NCBI GenBank assembly: GCA_032718475.1
Contig: JAUCBJ010005973.1
Location: 1-57,434 of the forward strand
Source of the DNA: Nemertoderma westbladi
Taxonomy: Eukaryota; Animalia; Xenacoelomorpha
Length of the DNA: 57,434 nucleotides
Direction: 5' to 3'
How positions within the stretch are numbered: the first letter of the stretch is position 1; each line of letters begins with the position of its first letter. The notes under the pieces were generated by a model. The model was not told the DNA's origin, did not search any database, and saw only the letters and a list, made by a program, of their open reading frames with translations. Positions 12,853-26,777 of this stretch are shown here, piece after piece. The position numbers and the translations under genes are program-made.

Positions 12853-13637
12853 TTAAAATTCCATATGGTTATTATAACAACTGGGCAATCGGAGCAACTG
12901 GCCACATGTTTGAACTTGAATAGATCTCGAAAACTGCGAATTGAAATGATTTTCAGCGAAAAATTCAACATTAATATTTTTGCAGGCAAGGAGATTTGAA
13001 CCGGTTACAAAACGAACAAAGTCTTGTAGCTTTGGCCCATCAAAGTCTCTTAATATCTTTTTTAGTGATGACTGGGTTTCGACTTGAACTTTGCTGAGCC
13101 CTCGGGGGGACTTTAACGACTTCCAAACAGAATTCATCATTGGCTTCAGTTGGTTATATGCTTTATCAAGTTCTTCCAATGTCTTAAATGGAGGAGGGCA
13201 CGCTATTCGTATATTCTGTATAATAAACACAGGTTTTTGTACTACTTCCTGGTAAAACAACTCGGCTAAAATCTCATAGATATTTTTAGATGATGGATTC
13301 CGACGACAGTTGTAGTTATCTAATATATCAATAACTTCCTCTCTGTCCTCCTGATTAGATGAATCTTGATGAAACTTGTTAAGAATATCGAGTTCATGGG
13401 GATTTAAAAATGGTTCAAAGGCGACAGCATCTAGTTTATCACGACTAACATCAAAATAGCAGACCTTGAAAAATTCTTTACTAATTTTCAGTGGAAAGTA
13501 ATCGAAGTGCCTGTAACCATAAGCAGCTATTTTACCAATTGCCTGCCACACATTGTCTTGCCAATCGTGTCGAATTGAAGGTAATAAGCAACCGGACCCA
13601 ACAGTAGCCTTCAAATAAAACTCATCCCAAAATAAAG
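12853..13637 (-). pseudogene. HECT E3 ubiquitin-ligase domain, intronless and truncated
   Basis: LFWDEFYLKATVG...PSIRHD...W.AIGKI..YGY....YFP, then FVRFVTGS, and VQTCGQLLRLPSCY with Cys at the HECT active-site position. Confidence 0.75.
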
Positions 13638-14640
13638 TTATAAGTTCTCTTTGATCAGATGATGATCTAAGGACATGAGTAGAACATAGTCAACAACAAT
13701 TATGGACAAGAATGGTGCAAGTGTGTCTCCTTGGAGGACGCCCCATAACACTTCAAATGGTTCTGTGTCACCGTCAACAGTAGACACAAATGTTGTCGAA
13801 CCATCGTATACTGATCTGATTGCTGCAATAATTTCATCAGGAATCCCATATAATGAAAGTATGCTGAACATACGTGAGCGAGAGACTGAATCAAAGGCCT
13901 TGAAGAAGTCAACAAAGATAACAGCCAGATGCCTGTCTTTCTTTTTTGATAATTCTTCAATTATCCTTCTAAGTGCCAAAATGGGCTCCATGGTCCCACG
14001 ACCTTTACGGAACCCATTCTGATTTCAACGGAGCAGTCTCTCAATGGTATCCCTGATGCGATTTAATACAATTCTATTGTATAGCTTTGCAGCAATCGAG
14101 ATCAATGGGATTCCCCGAAAAGAACCATATATTGTTAGGTTGCCCTTCTTGGGAACTGGCACCAACTTATTTGTTTTCATTTCTTGTGGAACTCTTGTTG
14201 TTCGGTACATGTCTACTATGATGGAATAGATGAGCTTTAAACACTCAGGTATTTTAAAGACCTCAGGGGGAACACCATCTACTCCACTGGCACGATTGGT
14301 CTTAATGCTCTTTGCATCAGCCTTCACTTCTGCAAAGGAGATATCACCAATGGGAATATCTGGGAGTACAGACTCAGACACTTTTACTTCTATAAAGTTA
14401 TCAGGCAATACCCTGTCATTATTGAGGAGCTTTTCAAAGTGGACCTTCCAACCATTGAGGCGATCGGCTGGTGAGTGGTGATTCAGCCTTAACCTTGGTG
14501 GTTGGTTGGCTTTTTCGACCAGCAAGCAAGTTGATCGATCTCCATGCCTGGGATGACTGCCTGCTGTCGTCAGCATCATTGATGGCATCAACCTGTTGGT
14601 TTATTAGCTCCTGTAAATTAACAGAGTACTGCCTGTTCAG
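13638..14640 (-). mobile_element. Degraded RTE-clade LINE, RT fragment
   Basis: ASGVDGVPPEV, PKKGNL..FRGIPLISIAAKLYN, NQNGFR, FVDFFKAFDSV, GVLQGDTLAPF; in-frame stop at 14025. Confidence 0.9.
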
Positions 14641-14662
14641 GGACCTAGATGTAATCTAGCTG

Positions 14663-15718
14663 TAAAATTAATCTAGGTGCATAAAAGCAATAAACAAAAG
14701 TTAAAGATGGTTACAGGACAAGTTGTATCTCGACAAGTTTTTTCAAAATTATAAAAGAAACATTTTTATAGTCAAATTTTGTTTGTTTTTCTTTTAATTG
14801 GGCGCTGCCGAGCCGACCCCAAACCCTCGCTTGTTTTGTTGGAGGCTGCCGCCCCCAAACCCCTGCTACTTTTCTTGGGGGCTACCGCCCCCAAACCCCC
14901 GCTTCTTTTCTAGGGGGCTGCCGCCCCCAAAGCCCCGCTTCTTTTGTTCGGGGCTGCTGCCCCCAAACCCCGGCATTTCCCTGTGTGCACGTGGTGAAAG
15001 ACTTTGAGACCATTTTGAAATAATCAATTCATGTTTGTATCATCAGATAATAAATTGACTAAGCAAAAAGTAGGAGCTGTATTGAATGTTAACCAAAAAA
15101 AGTAATATGTATGTAATATGTACATCAATATGTAATGCTGAACAGAGAATACAGGTCGACGCATGTCGATTTTACTCTGGAGAGGTATAATTTTGATTGC
15201 AACAATAATATTCATCCCCATCTGATACAATTTGAAGAAGACTATTCATAATAATACCTATAATTAAAACAATTAATTATTATAATTCTATAGTTAATAA
15301 AAACAGTATATCATTCGGGGGATGGAATTTATAGGTCATCTAATTAATTGTTTAAAGATTAGCAAACAATACGATGTAATTGCATTGATAAAACCCATAA
15401 ATAAAACTTGGATATAAAATGTAAAATCGGGAGACAAAAGATCACTTTCTGAGCTATGAAAGGAAATTTGGATACAACTTGTCTGGATACAAACGGTCCG
15501 TTTACCTTACAAAATGAAAAATACGAATGTGCGAAGTTAAGAACAGTCGGGGGGGAAGTGTCCGGGGGGGGGGGGTGTCTAGTTAAGAACAGTCGGGGGG
15601 GAAGTGTCCGGGGGGGGGGGGGGGTGTCTGGGGGGGAAGTGTCCAGGGAGGAAGTGTCCTACTTGAGCGGGGGGAACTGTCCGGGGGGAAGTGTCCGGGG
15701 GGCAAGAGTCCGAACACC
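14663..15718 (-). mobile_element. One-ended copy of the GGACACTTCCCCCCC foldback/Mutator-like element
   Basis: Reverse complement of about 29725-30760. Retains the CGAACACC end but lacks the TAGATCC arm. Contains an expanded GGGGCTGCCGCCCCCAAACCCC repeat at 14800-14972. Confidence 0.85.
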
Positions 15719-15922
15719 CATTAACTGGTTTAGCTGGCTACAGGCTCAGCTGAATAACTCTTCCCAATGCATCCTTGCTATGTTAATTAATTGGCGTGCA
15801 AGCTAAATGACTATTAGTTATACAGTGTGTTGGCTACACAGTGTATTGTGTGTCATCGCTTTATTGTTTTATATTGAAATCTTTGTGCCAACATTAATAC
15901 TGTGGAGGCTGTATGCTTATGA

Positions 15923-17183
15923 GGTTATATTGAAAAATATCGAGACATGAAAAATATCGAGAGTAAAAATAACGCGAGTAAAAACATCGAGTGTTGAAAA
16001 ATAACGATAATATCGAGAGTTCAAAAAATATCGAGAGTAAAAATATCGAGGGTAAAAATATCGAGAGTAAAAATATTGAGTGTTTAAAAATATCGAGAGT
16101 AAAAATATCGAGTGTTGAAAAATATCGAGAGTAAAAATATCGAGTGTTGAAAAATATCGAGAGTAAAAATATCGAGTGTTGAAAAATATCGAAAGTAAAA
16201 ATATCGAGTGTTGAAAAATATCGAGAGTAAAAATATCGAGTGTTGAAAAATATCGAGAGTAAAAATATCGAGTGTTGAAAAATATCGAGAGTAAAAATAT
16301 CGAGAGTAAAAATATCGAGTGTTGAAAAATATCGAGAGTAAAAATATCGAGTGTTGAAAAATATCGAGAGTAAAAATATGGAGTGTTGAAAAATATCGAG
16401 TGTTGAAAAATATCGAGTGTTGAAAAATATCGAGTGTTGAAAAATATCGAGTGATGAAAAATATCGAGTGTTGAAAAATATCGAGAGTAAAAATAATATA
16501 ATAACATAATGCCATTCACTTGCACTTTCACTGTTGTAACCCATGCACTGCAATATTGTTCCATAATTCTAAATAAAATGCTCAAGCAAAATGCAATATT
16601 TTTACTCTCGATATTTTTCAACACTCGTTATTTTTACTCTCGATATTTTTCAACACTCGATATTTTCAACACTCGATATTTTTACTCTCGATATTGTTCA
16701 ACACTCGATATTTTTCAACACTCGTTATTTTTACTCTCGATATTTTTACTCTCGATATTTTTCAACACTCGATATTTTCAACACTCGTTATTTTTACTCT
16801 CGATATTTTTCAACACTCGATATTTTCACTCTTGATATTTTTCAACACTCGATATTTTTACTCTCGATATTTTTCAACACTCGATATTTTTACTCTCGAT
16901 ATTTTTCAACACTCGATATTTTTACTCTCGATATTTTTCAACACTCGATATTTTTACTCTCGATATTTTTCAACACTCGATATTTTTACTCTCGATATTT
17001 TTCAACACTCGATATTTTTACTCTCGATATTTTTCAACACTCGATATTTTTACTCTCGATATTTTTCAACACTCGATATTTTTACTCTCGATATTTTTCA
17101 ACACTCGTTATTTTCGATATTTTTCATCTCGCGTTATTTTTACTCTCGATATTTTTCAAGTCTCGATATTTTTCACCATTACC
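15923..17183. mobile_element. Foldback/Mutator-like element with inverted arms of mixed 15/17-bp units (AAAAATATCGAGAGT / AAAAATATCGAGTGTTG)
   Basis: Array ~15930-16493, ~100-bp spacer, inverted array ~16597-17175. Termini GGTTATAT.../...CCATTACC. Flanks GCTTATGA (15915-15922) and GATTATGA (17184-17191) match 7/8. Confidence 0.85.
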
Positions 17184-17479
17184 GATTATGAGGCTGAATG
17201 TTTACTCAGCCTCATAATGATTCTCCATAAGGCTAACATTATAGTTTGAAATATAAAAATCTGTTACAATAATAATATAATTGTTGTATTTAATTAATAT
17301 CGTGGTTTACATTGAACAGTGTAAATTGTTAATCGCGGTTTACATTGAAACATCTCAACTTGTTTTATTTATTACAAAAATAAGAACGAATTTGTCTTAT
17401 CACTTCTTGTGCGCGATTGTATTGGATTCATGACAACAGCTGTTATTATTATTAATCAATTGACACCTCGACTCCTCTC

Positions 17480-18195
17480 TATTATTATTATTAATCTTTA
17501 TTGCAGGCCACAGGATCCCATAAAACAGTAAAATTTAATTAATATAATTATTCATCACAAAATTAATGCTACCTACCTAACCTAAAAACCATAATCTAAA
17601 TATTTGATAAATTCCGCATTTGAACAATTCTACTTGTGAAAGAAGTAGATTCTACGGTAGCACGAACCAACCGGTTGGTAGAATACGAAACACGTGAAAA
17701 CAAAGAGTCTATAGCATTAGCCCTAATATGAATAAACTTAGGTAAGTTAAATACACCAAACATGAACGAAACGCTTGTACCATAGCTACACCTAAATAAA
17801 CGCCTAGCAGAAGTGTTATACGCAACCCGAATTTTATTATGCACGTCACAGGAGTAGTTAAGTTTAGCCCATAACGCGTTGCAATAAAACTGGGTGCAGA
17901 AACAGCGGAATAGGTTGACCTTAACTTCCGTAGAACAACTACCAAATTTCCTTATTAAACTATTAGCCCTCCTATAAAATGACCTAAGTTGGTTAAGTAT
18001 ATCAGGATTATCATCGGTATTGCTGCACAAAATATGTCCTAAATATTTAAGTTCTGTAACTATTTTTAATTTATGACTGTTAATATGCACCTGACCAACA
18101 TCAACATTATTGCACGATTTTGGAAAGTAATACATAGATTTAGTTTTCTTCAGATTTACGGTGATACAATGCCCTAGGGCGTACTTTTCAAAAGT
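17480..18195 (-). mobile_element. 5'-truncated L2/CR1-group LINE, ORF2 C-terminus and (ATT)n tail
   Basis: ORF 17596-18135 has KYLGH, FYRRANSLIRKFGSCS..VK..LFRCFC and IRVAYN. It is followed by AATAAA and a (TAA)n tail on the minus strand. Confidence 0.8.
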
Positions 18196-19155
18196 ATATC
18201 AGTATATGGTACAACACGGGTATACACACACATCCTTTGTCCGCTACCTGCCCATTCAAAATAACTACCATGGAATGATAGTTCAGAACTGGACTCTAGC
18301 TTTGATGGCTTCTTGCAAATTTTATGTGGTATGAATCTTTATGCATAGCAATTTTATCCTATTTAACTAAATTGTCCGGAAAATTTTGAATGAATCGTAT
18401 CGAATTGACTGAATATTGCACCGCCAATTGATAGTTTGTTAGTGGAATTGGTATGAATAATAAATAACATGTATGTACTAATGTACTCGATCTACTGATA
18501 CTATGTGAAGGTCATATTTCTGGTTAATAGCATTGTTTCGTAATCCCTGAAGGCTGGAATTCTATCTGGGATTTGAAAAGTCTGCAGTGTTTTTTTTAAA
18601 CTGAATTACATCTGAATGACAACCGAATGATAAATAAGCAACCCCACCCTAGTAACTACCTTGAAAAGTTACTTAAGTAACATGTGATTTATGTATTACT
18701 GCGTACTATTTTGAACATAATCTAAAAATATCTATGAAAATACTCAAAATAAAACATCTTGCCTTTCTTGCTTATACACCCGGGTGACAACTGCGTTGGT
18801 ACTAGGCCTACTACTATTAATTCTTATGTCAACAGCTCCTTTGAGATTTAACCATGTAACCAATCTTCAGTCTGATGTACTTTAGACAGTTATGTTATGG
18901 AGGGAGAAGATAAACCACACAATAAATTGCACTTAAGAGAATAACCCTAGAATTATTTACATAATGCAGCCTTAAAAGAAAATTTGCCTTAAAAAAAAGT
19001 AACAATGACTTCACTGATACATAAAAGAAAAATGACATATTACAAACAAAAAAAATAATATATAAAAAAAGTGTGTGTACACCAACTGCGAGGCAGGATT
19101 TGGGGGGGGGGGGGGGGGGGGGGCAGTGTCCAGTGTCACATTGATGTCGGGGTCT

Positions 19156-19582
19156 CAGTGGAAAGTGTATTTTTATACGGGGGTGAGACCTGGACACTGA
19201 CTAAATCACTTGAACAACGAATTGATGGTTGCTACACAAGACTACTAAGGGCAGCCCTAAACATCAGCTGGAGACAACACATGACAAACGCGGAGCTTTA
19301 TGGTACAATACCACCTGTATCAACCACCCTCCGTGAACGCAGATTAAGTTTCAGTGGGCACTGCTGGCGAAGTAGAGACGAGGTCATACCAGATCTACTT
19401 CTCTGGCAACCAACTCATGGAAAGTGTAGTCGTGGACGACCGGCCATAACATATAGCAGATCATCTTGAAAGGGATACTGAACTTGTGAGAAACGAAATT
19501 GCGACAACTATGGAGAATCGGGAAGCCTGGAAGGATCTCAGTTCCACTGTCCGAGTTCGCTTGACCTAGTAGTAGTAGTAGT
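19156..19582 (+). mobile_element. 3' end of an RTE LINE with (TAG)n tail
   Basis: Nearly identical to 44455-44876 (VESVFLYGGETW, FSGHCWR). Confidence 0.92.
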
Positions 19583-19926
19583 TAGGATAATGAATATTTA
19601 GTACCAACATATTATATTAATATTTTGATTGATGTCTTTATTACCTTATAACACCTCCAATGTCTATATCATCCGTATTTCGATCTATAAACGGCCAGTC
19701 ATCTTCCGATTGTCTCTACTAACTGGAGGAATGTTGGTGGAATATTATGAATTAATTTGAAATGCAGTTGGGACCCTCTTTCTGTCTTGTGCTTCTTGTT
19801 ATAATTGACAATATAGTTCAATCTGTTGATTACCAGAATATACTGCTCAGATAAAATAATCCTTGTTATTGGTTTGCAGGAACACTACACGCTATTGCTC
19901 AGCACACCATATGATTAAAATTTAAT

Positions 19927-19927
<1 letters not shown>

Positions 19928-19957
<30 letters not shown>

Positions 19958-20005
19958 TATATTTATATCGCGCCTTTAAGAATAAAAATATACTTGCAAG
20001 GCGCC
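19928..20005 (-). mobile_element. Extreme 3' remnant of an L2/CR1-type LINE
   Basis: Minus strand GGCGCC...GGCGCGATATAAAT followed by (ATT)n. Confidence 0.45.
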
Positions 20006-22423
20006 AGCAATAACGATATGAAAGTCATTAAGGTATACACAATATTGCAATTTATTAAAAAAAAATTTTATTTTAACATAATTGGCTGGTCTCGCAAAAT
20101 CAATCAATTATGTGATCTAATAACGATATGAAAACTAATATCATTTTTAAGAACACATGCCACATTTGTACAGGTTAACATAATGTTATAGATAATGCGA
20201 TCATTGGGGTTCGAATGAGCCTATTATTAATTCCTTTAACTCTCTGAAACCATACATGTTAGTGATATCATATGCGGAAACAGGAGGGGAAACTGGATGC
20301 GAATCCCATTTACGCGTATTAATATTCGCCTCAATGTTAAATTCTCAATTTAGGGAAAGGAGCAGGTTACACTGGCACGTTATTATAATATTAAAGTCAA
20401 TAGTATCAAGTAATCAGCTGTTATTTGCGGCGAATTTCCCCTTGTGAGTGATGAATTTTTATTGCGTCGAAAATCTGATTAATCGTATTAATGAGCCATA
20501 ACATCAGAGCAACATTAGTTCAAGAATTTATTAACACCGAAAGTTTTGTGCTTCCATAAGGGAAAACATCATTATAGCAATTTTGTGCCCTTAATACTAC
20601 TTCTGAAAAGATATTCGTCCAATATGTGTTGCTTTTAGGTCACTTTTACAAGACCAGTCTTTTTCACAAAGTCTAAATGCAGACAATTTGATGTATTTTT
20701 ATTATATTTTTTCACTATAAATATGCAATTTTCTGATTGAAAGTCAGTATTATAATATTTGTATTACATTATATAAATTTTATGGTAATTGAATAATAAT
20801 GAATAGGTATTGTGCAATAGAGCATAACTTCGAAATAAATTATGACTATAAATTTTTATTGTTCAAATATTTTCTACTACTAAGTAAAATCAGTTCCACG
20901 CCCAAATACGCAATGCTCCAATGGCGGACGATTTATGACTTCATTTATTATCTTTTCAAGACAATAATTGCAGATAACCATAACCACACCCAGATATAAC
21001 GAGGTTAGTTTATCTTACTGTGTTGGGAATTAATTTCACCTTAATTAGCCTCAAGAGCGCGTTATAACACAATATTGATTGACCCAACAACACATTTTTT
21101 GACAAAAGTTTTGAATCCAGTTAAAACGTTCCGTTTCCATAAAGGCTTACAATTTTGTTACTGAGCTCCATATTTCGTACAACTTAGAAGTTACATTGAC
21201 AATTTTCTTTAACATTAAAATGTTTCCAATCGAATTCCGAAAACATAAAAATCGGAAGCGCTGAGAATAATGGCTGAGAAAGCGAATTGAAATATAATAT
21301 TAATGAGAAACAAATAATGAAAATAGTTTAACAAATTATTAAAATTTAGTGCGGGGACCAAGCTGCCGAAAAATGTCTCATGTCTTATGCTATTTGTATT
21401 TAATCCATCGTTTTGAGAATCCAAAAACACCTACAACTCAAGAAACAGGAACAAGCAATCAATTTTCCAAATTATGAATTTTAAAAATTTGGAACAGGCA
21501 CAAAAATTAGACACCCACCGAAAAAAGTTTCATATTTCTAGAATATTTTATATATTTCCATCGAATTGCGAACCCCAAATACTGACCCCATGCGCCCCCG
21601 TGTTTAATAGGTTTAAGGTCAATAAATAGATGGAATTTTGATGAATAAATAAATTGTAGTTGATTGATTGTTGTCTCTGTTATCTAATGTATATCACTTA
21701 TAATATATTGGCCACATAAGGGGAGGAATCAATCAACTCCCATTGCCTCAAAATGACTCCCTGCTAGTAAAATCACTCACAATTATCTTCTTTCGACAAA
21801 TTGCCCGAGGGAAGAAACGCATAAGAATACTCTTAGGTACTCTCATGAGTCAAACAACCCTTGTGTTACTCATATGTACTTATATCCTAAATGGTATGAG
21901 AGTGAATGTGGGTTATTAATTTCCAGCATCTGAAAAGCTCATCGCAGAAACAGAAAATATCCATTGTTTAATTTATATTAGATACACAAAACAACACAAA
22001 AGCCTCCAAAGCACAAGATCGTCCCTGTTTTTCATAAAGGATTTTCTTCCCCAGAATTTTCGTTTGGCTTTCTGGTGTCAGAAATTACAAAAGTAAGATT
22101 CCATATAGTCCCAGGACGAAACATCCTTGATCCTGATACATTATATATTATAACAAATATAATTTGCCTCTTTTTTTCTTTTTTTTAGCACTTATTTTCA
22201 CTGGATTCAATCTATTTGATTTTAATTAACCTGAAAACGAAGAAATGAGAAAATTGGATATGGTTTAGTTTTAAAATCAGCTACAGACATTAGATTTATA
22301 TGAAAATTGCATGAAATTTTATGAGAGTAGATATCACCTTAATGGTGAGAAAGTTGCGCAATTATTATCTTATAACAAGTCGACAAATAATTTATTAAAA
22401 TTGTTTTACAACCTATTTGTTGT

Positions 22424-22517
22424 AGAAACATAAATATTACACAGAAAAATTCAATTAACAAGAAAAATATAATTTTTTCTTGTTAATTGTATTTTTCTGT
22501 GTAATATTTATGTTTCT
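22424..22517. repeat. Near-perfect AT-rich palindrome, ~94 bp
   Basis: AGAAACATAAATATTACACAGAAAAAT...ATTTTTCTGTGTAATATTTATGTTTCT. Confidence 0.9.
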
Positions 22518-24156
22518 GACATCCTCGTTTGTAAATGTCAGGAAGAAGTCGACAAAAATCAATAAAGCCAACTGCAATAGTGTAGGTAATTAGCTAAAGC
22601 AGAGCCAAATTCGCTCTGAGCTGTTTAATTATTACCTAGACTTCCCTTGGCATGTAATATGCGCACTTGCGCAGCTCTAGAAATTCAGAATCCCTGAAAG
22701 TATGTCGACTGTCGGTCGAGTGTTATTTGAAAACATAAAATATCTAGAGATATGTTGACTGCCTGTCGAGTGTTATTTGATTACATTATCTAGAAATGTC
22801 GACTGTGGTGTAGTCGGTGTAATTTGTTCACTGCTGTGAATCGCCTCCAACTGTATTTTTCGTGGATACTGCAGTAACACGGAGCTACGCCGACAACCAA
22901 TGCCAACAACAATTATTAAAGCTAATTTATGTTATTTATTAATTAGAGAAGGAATAGGTTACAGTGGAAGGTTATTCTAACCAAAACAATAAACGGGAGT
23001 CACGAACTCAGGTTACATTTTCATATTTTCCGTTGTTGGAAGTGGTTGTCGGCCGTCGGTTTTTGGCGTATCATTTACGCCCAGTAACACATTCATTTTG
23101 TATGGATATAATTTGTCAGATAACACCCCATATGGTATGCTGCAAGTTGATGACATTCATCATAGTTGTTAATATGTTCAGATGATAATATAATATGCGA
23201 TGCGTGTGATCCTCACAGATTTCCTCTCCCCCATCCGCCACTAGTCGCCCGGATGTCACCCATAGTATGGTGGCCAACTGTCCTGTTGTGAGGAGGCACA
23301 TAACTCTGAGATCATAAAGTACGAGGAACCTACTGACGACCAAGGAATTCAATTCCCATGATAACCATAAAGAGCTGTGGTCATCCCTGTTCCGATACGG
23401 ATACATTCCTAAAGGAGGTGATTGGTTACCTCCTTGCAGACAGGCAGGGGCCAGGAACCCATTTGCGCCTCCTCCATTGCCACCTCATTTACATCTTGAT
23501 CGTCAACATCTTGATCATGATTGAAGATCATCTTGATCTTCAAGGGCATTTTCATTTAAGCAGTCTTCCACAAACTCCAGCCAAAAGGCGCAAAAGCCCA
23601 ATTTGCCAAATTTTGGTTATAAATCCTATAAAAAATTTTTTATATAGAGTTTATTTATGTTATAAATGTTGATTTTTTTTTAAAAGTGGTCTCTTACCGG
23701 CAGAGGGTCTGATTACCTAAAATATGTATGATATCACTTATTATCTTCTTTACTTGTTTCAAAACATAGAGCTCTAGATGGAAAAGACTGCGTCTTATTC
23801 ATGTAGACCCATCCCTAGTAAATAAATATTAAAGCGTGAATCACAAAATAAATAATGTATAGTTACAGTATTCCTATATTTTACTTAAATCTACCATCAA
23901 TGATATTGCATTGTTATATATATATATGTATAATATTATACAATGCAATATCTAGAAAGAAAGTCTAAAAAAAGTCAAATGTCACGTATGGTTGGTGTTG
24001 AGAGAGATTTAAAAGTTTATGTATAATATATATTATATTGTATAATAGTACATTTTTGACTGATTTTGAAATGTACTATTGTTGTCAACAATATAATCCG
24101 ACTGACGCGACCCCTGCTGGCGGAATATCTGGAAGGAATTTGTGACAACACTCAGA

Positions 24157-24922
24157 CTACTACTACTACTACTAGGAACGGCATTTTGCAGCTGCATTTT
24201 TAAGAATGCTGTGCCGCCTTGTCGACAAAATTGCGCCGCCAAAACTCCCTATCACCCATGACATTTGCTAGATCATCCGCATCTTCAAGGCCAGTGTCAT
24301 TTAAGATGCGTCTCAAGAAAGTCATGGGCTGTCCACCATGCTTATTCACTCCATGAGGCTGCCAAAGCACAAGCTTATGCACTGGCTGGTCCTCACGTCG
24401 AAGGCAATGTCCTGCAAAGCGGTGACGGCTTTGTTCTAGTGTCAAGCTTGGGGGAACCAATGAGACACATCCAATGTTATATAGTGTCTGGTTGGTGATG
24501 TCAGCATTGTACTTGTGACACAGTGAACACGGCGTATCATTCTTGTGAATGTGCCATCCAGAGATTTGGTGTCCTCAACAGTTAGAGCCCAGCATGGATT
24601 CCCTTAGAGGAGTACTGGAACTACTGCTGCTCTAAAGAATCGAACCTTAAGTTTCCGATTAATTGTATGTGACTTTAAATCCTGGAAAGGATCCTGCCGA
24701 TTCAAGGCTGCCTTTCCCTTACGTATTCGAAGGTCCACCTGACTTCCGGATCCATGATCCCAGGTAACAGAAGTCGTCCACATGCTCAAGCATATCATCC
24801 TTTGAGCTTATGCTCATCCTGTCAGAGACTTGCTCAGGACTTTCAAAGTTAACTGTCAAATTTTTGTCGTTTTGGAGTTAATAAAAAGACCAACACTATA
24901 GCAGTCTGTTCTAATGAGCTGA
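24157..24922 (-). mobile_element. Degraded RTE LINE, 3' part with (TAG)n tail
   Basis: KLKVRFFRAAVVPVLL, RHRFAGHCLR, KLVLWQPHG, DREFWR; (CTA)n at 24157-24174. Confidence 0.85.
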
Positions 24923-26352
24923 TATAAAGTCCAGTAGTATACTGCCTACCGGATCCTAGTAACGAAGTACCTTACTGTAGAATCCAGCAGTGTATACGGG
25001 CTCGTACAGTATCTGACAATAAATCCCAGTACAGGGTGTCTAAATAAACATATACTAAGTACACAAACTACTACTGGCGAGGAACAGAGCCTGATGTATA
25101 TTCTAATACGTGGGCGAATCAAATGCCCAGGTTAACTAGACAATAGGGTGCTCGGCCTCTAACCGGTGAGGCAGATGTACAGTCTACAGATACAGACCAA
25201 ACTCATGGGAAAACAATCCCCACGTAGCGAATCCTAACTATCGCTAATGGACCTAAAATACCGTAAACTTGCTGCGGTGTTATTTATATGGGTATATACG
25301 AGCAAGCGGGTCAACGACACTAGCATAAAACAATACTGCCGACAGGAAAATAGCAGTCAAAAGGGTGCCTCTATGCCTGAGTAAAACAAATACCAAATAT
25401 CTCCTCAAAGACAAGAATAATTCTTACTTGTATAAGCTAGTCGCACGCTGTAGGCGCAATACTTACAAACTGACGTCAAAAGGGCTCTCTCCTCCTTCAT
25501 TCACAACTCAACCAGGCAATTACGGTGTTAGTAACTACGCCCGTGATCGGCACTAATACCAGATTCTGATTGAGAGATAAGGAAATAGGTGTTAATTTAC
25601 TACTGTACGTATAGCTGATCTGGTATATCAATTTGATTCTAGTACTTTGTTACTGTGGTGGTCAGCAGTAAATACCTATCAATACGTGGCAAGGGCGCAG
25701 TAGGATGTTAGTAAACCTCCCCAAGCCAAACGTGTGCTGGTAGCAGAAAGCTGCCTTTTGCCTGATCAAATACTTTGGAATCAGACAGGTCAGTCAAACT
25801 ATAAGGCCTACAGAGCTAACCGGTACTGTACTGTCAGTACTGCAAATCACCAAATTATAGAGCGTGCTATTCGCACCTAAGTGTACTTGCACATACTGAC
25901 GAACAGCAACAGCTCGCACCTGTAGGAGATACAGGTTGACCGGGTTTTTCCTGTCTGAACCTGAGATATTTAATCCTAAATTTTATGGCGTCCCAGGATG
26001 GCGTCACGCTTTACCCTGATCTAAGGTCTTACAGTGGGCAAGGGCGTCGAACAAAGTCTTACCTTCCTCTGACATGGGCGCTTTCAGGCAGTGAGGCATA
26101 CTCTCGAAAGATAATGTGGGCTCCCTAATGCGTCGTGGACATCTTTCCCCCTTGCGTTGCTGAAGCCTAACGGTCTAGGCAGCCATTCCCGTCTCAAGAT
26201 AGATACGTTAAAACTACATGTTAGAGTTTGCTGTATATTTAATGTAAGACTTATCAAATTAAACTAAACTTTACAGAATATCAAAAGGTAAATTAAACTA
26301 AAAGGGTGTAAGACAAGTAAGTGATAACTAGATAAGTCAAGGTTAAGTGATA

Positions 26353-26510
26353 ACTGAAGGACAAACCGCCCCTTATATAGCAAATCCTAAGCATGGAATC
26401 AACTAGAACATTCTACAACATTCTATGAACGCACATTGGAGCAATAAATTATCAAGTCACCTACGATTGGCCCAACTCATCGTTCCACGTGTTGTATGCA
26501 CCCCATTGGC
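26353..26510 (-). promoter_or_regulatory. Pol II promoter-like cluster inside the insertion
   Basis: Minus strand shows two GCCAAT boxes (~26465, ~26505), CACGTG, TATATAAGG at ~26371-26379 and TCAGTT about 25 nt downstream. Confidence 0.5.
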
Positions 26511-26559
26511 TTATGTAATTTAATGAAACCGAAAATATAATAGCCCAAAATACAAATTT

Positions 26560-26625
26560 ACCGACCCAGATTCGAACCCCTGACCTACTTAGAATGTAAC
26601 CCGCACCTTAACGACCACAGTGCCA
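26560..26625 (-). other. tRNA-derived (SINE-head-like) segment with Pol III A and B boxes
   Basis: TGGCACTGTGG...GGTTCGAATC at tRNA-like spacing. No convincing acceptor stem, so not called a tRNA gene. Confidence 0.55.
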
Positions 26626-26777
26626 ATGGAAACACCAATGGAAACCCAAGTGAAATTATAGCTATTGTAGGAAATAGGCAAATTACAACAACTACAAATC
26701 AAGGCAAAATATTTCGGATTTAGAAAGTTTTTTACGTAGTACTGTAGATATCTTACTTAACAGTGAAATAATCCCAC

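Larger units (their letters stand above)
24923..26777 (-). mobile_element. 1.85-kb non-coding insertion splitting an RTE RT (solo-LTR-like, class uncertain)
   Basis: The RTE reading QRLLS|SLEQTA is contiguous across it. AGCTGA is present at both junctions (24917-24922 and 26778-26783). Confidence 0.7.

Noticed and set aside
15894-17217. Multiple FYSRYFSTLDIF ORFs
   Set aside because: Artefacts of the inverted 15/17-bp arrays.
20236-21616. piggyBac-like element between TTAA sites
   Set aside because: Terminal inverted repeats are too weak to call.
26560-26625. Functional tRNA gene
   Set aside because: A and B boxes are present, but I could not fold a proper acceptor and anticodon stem.
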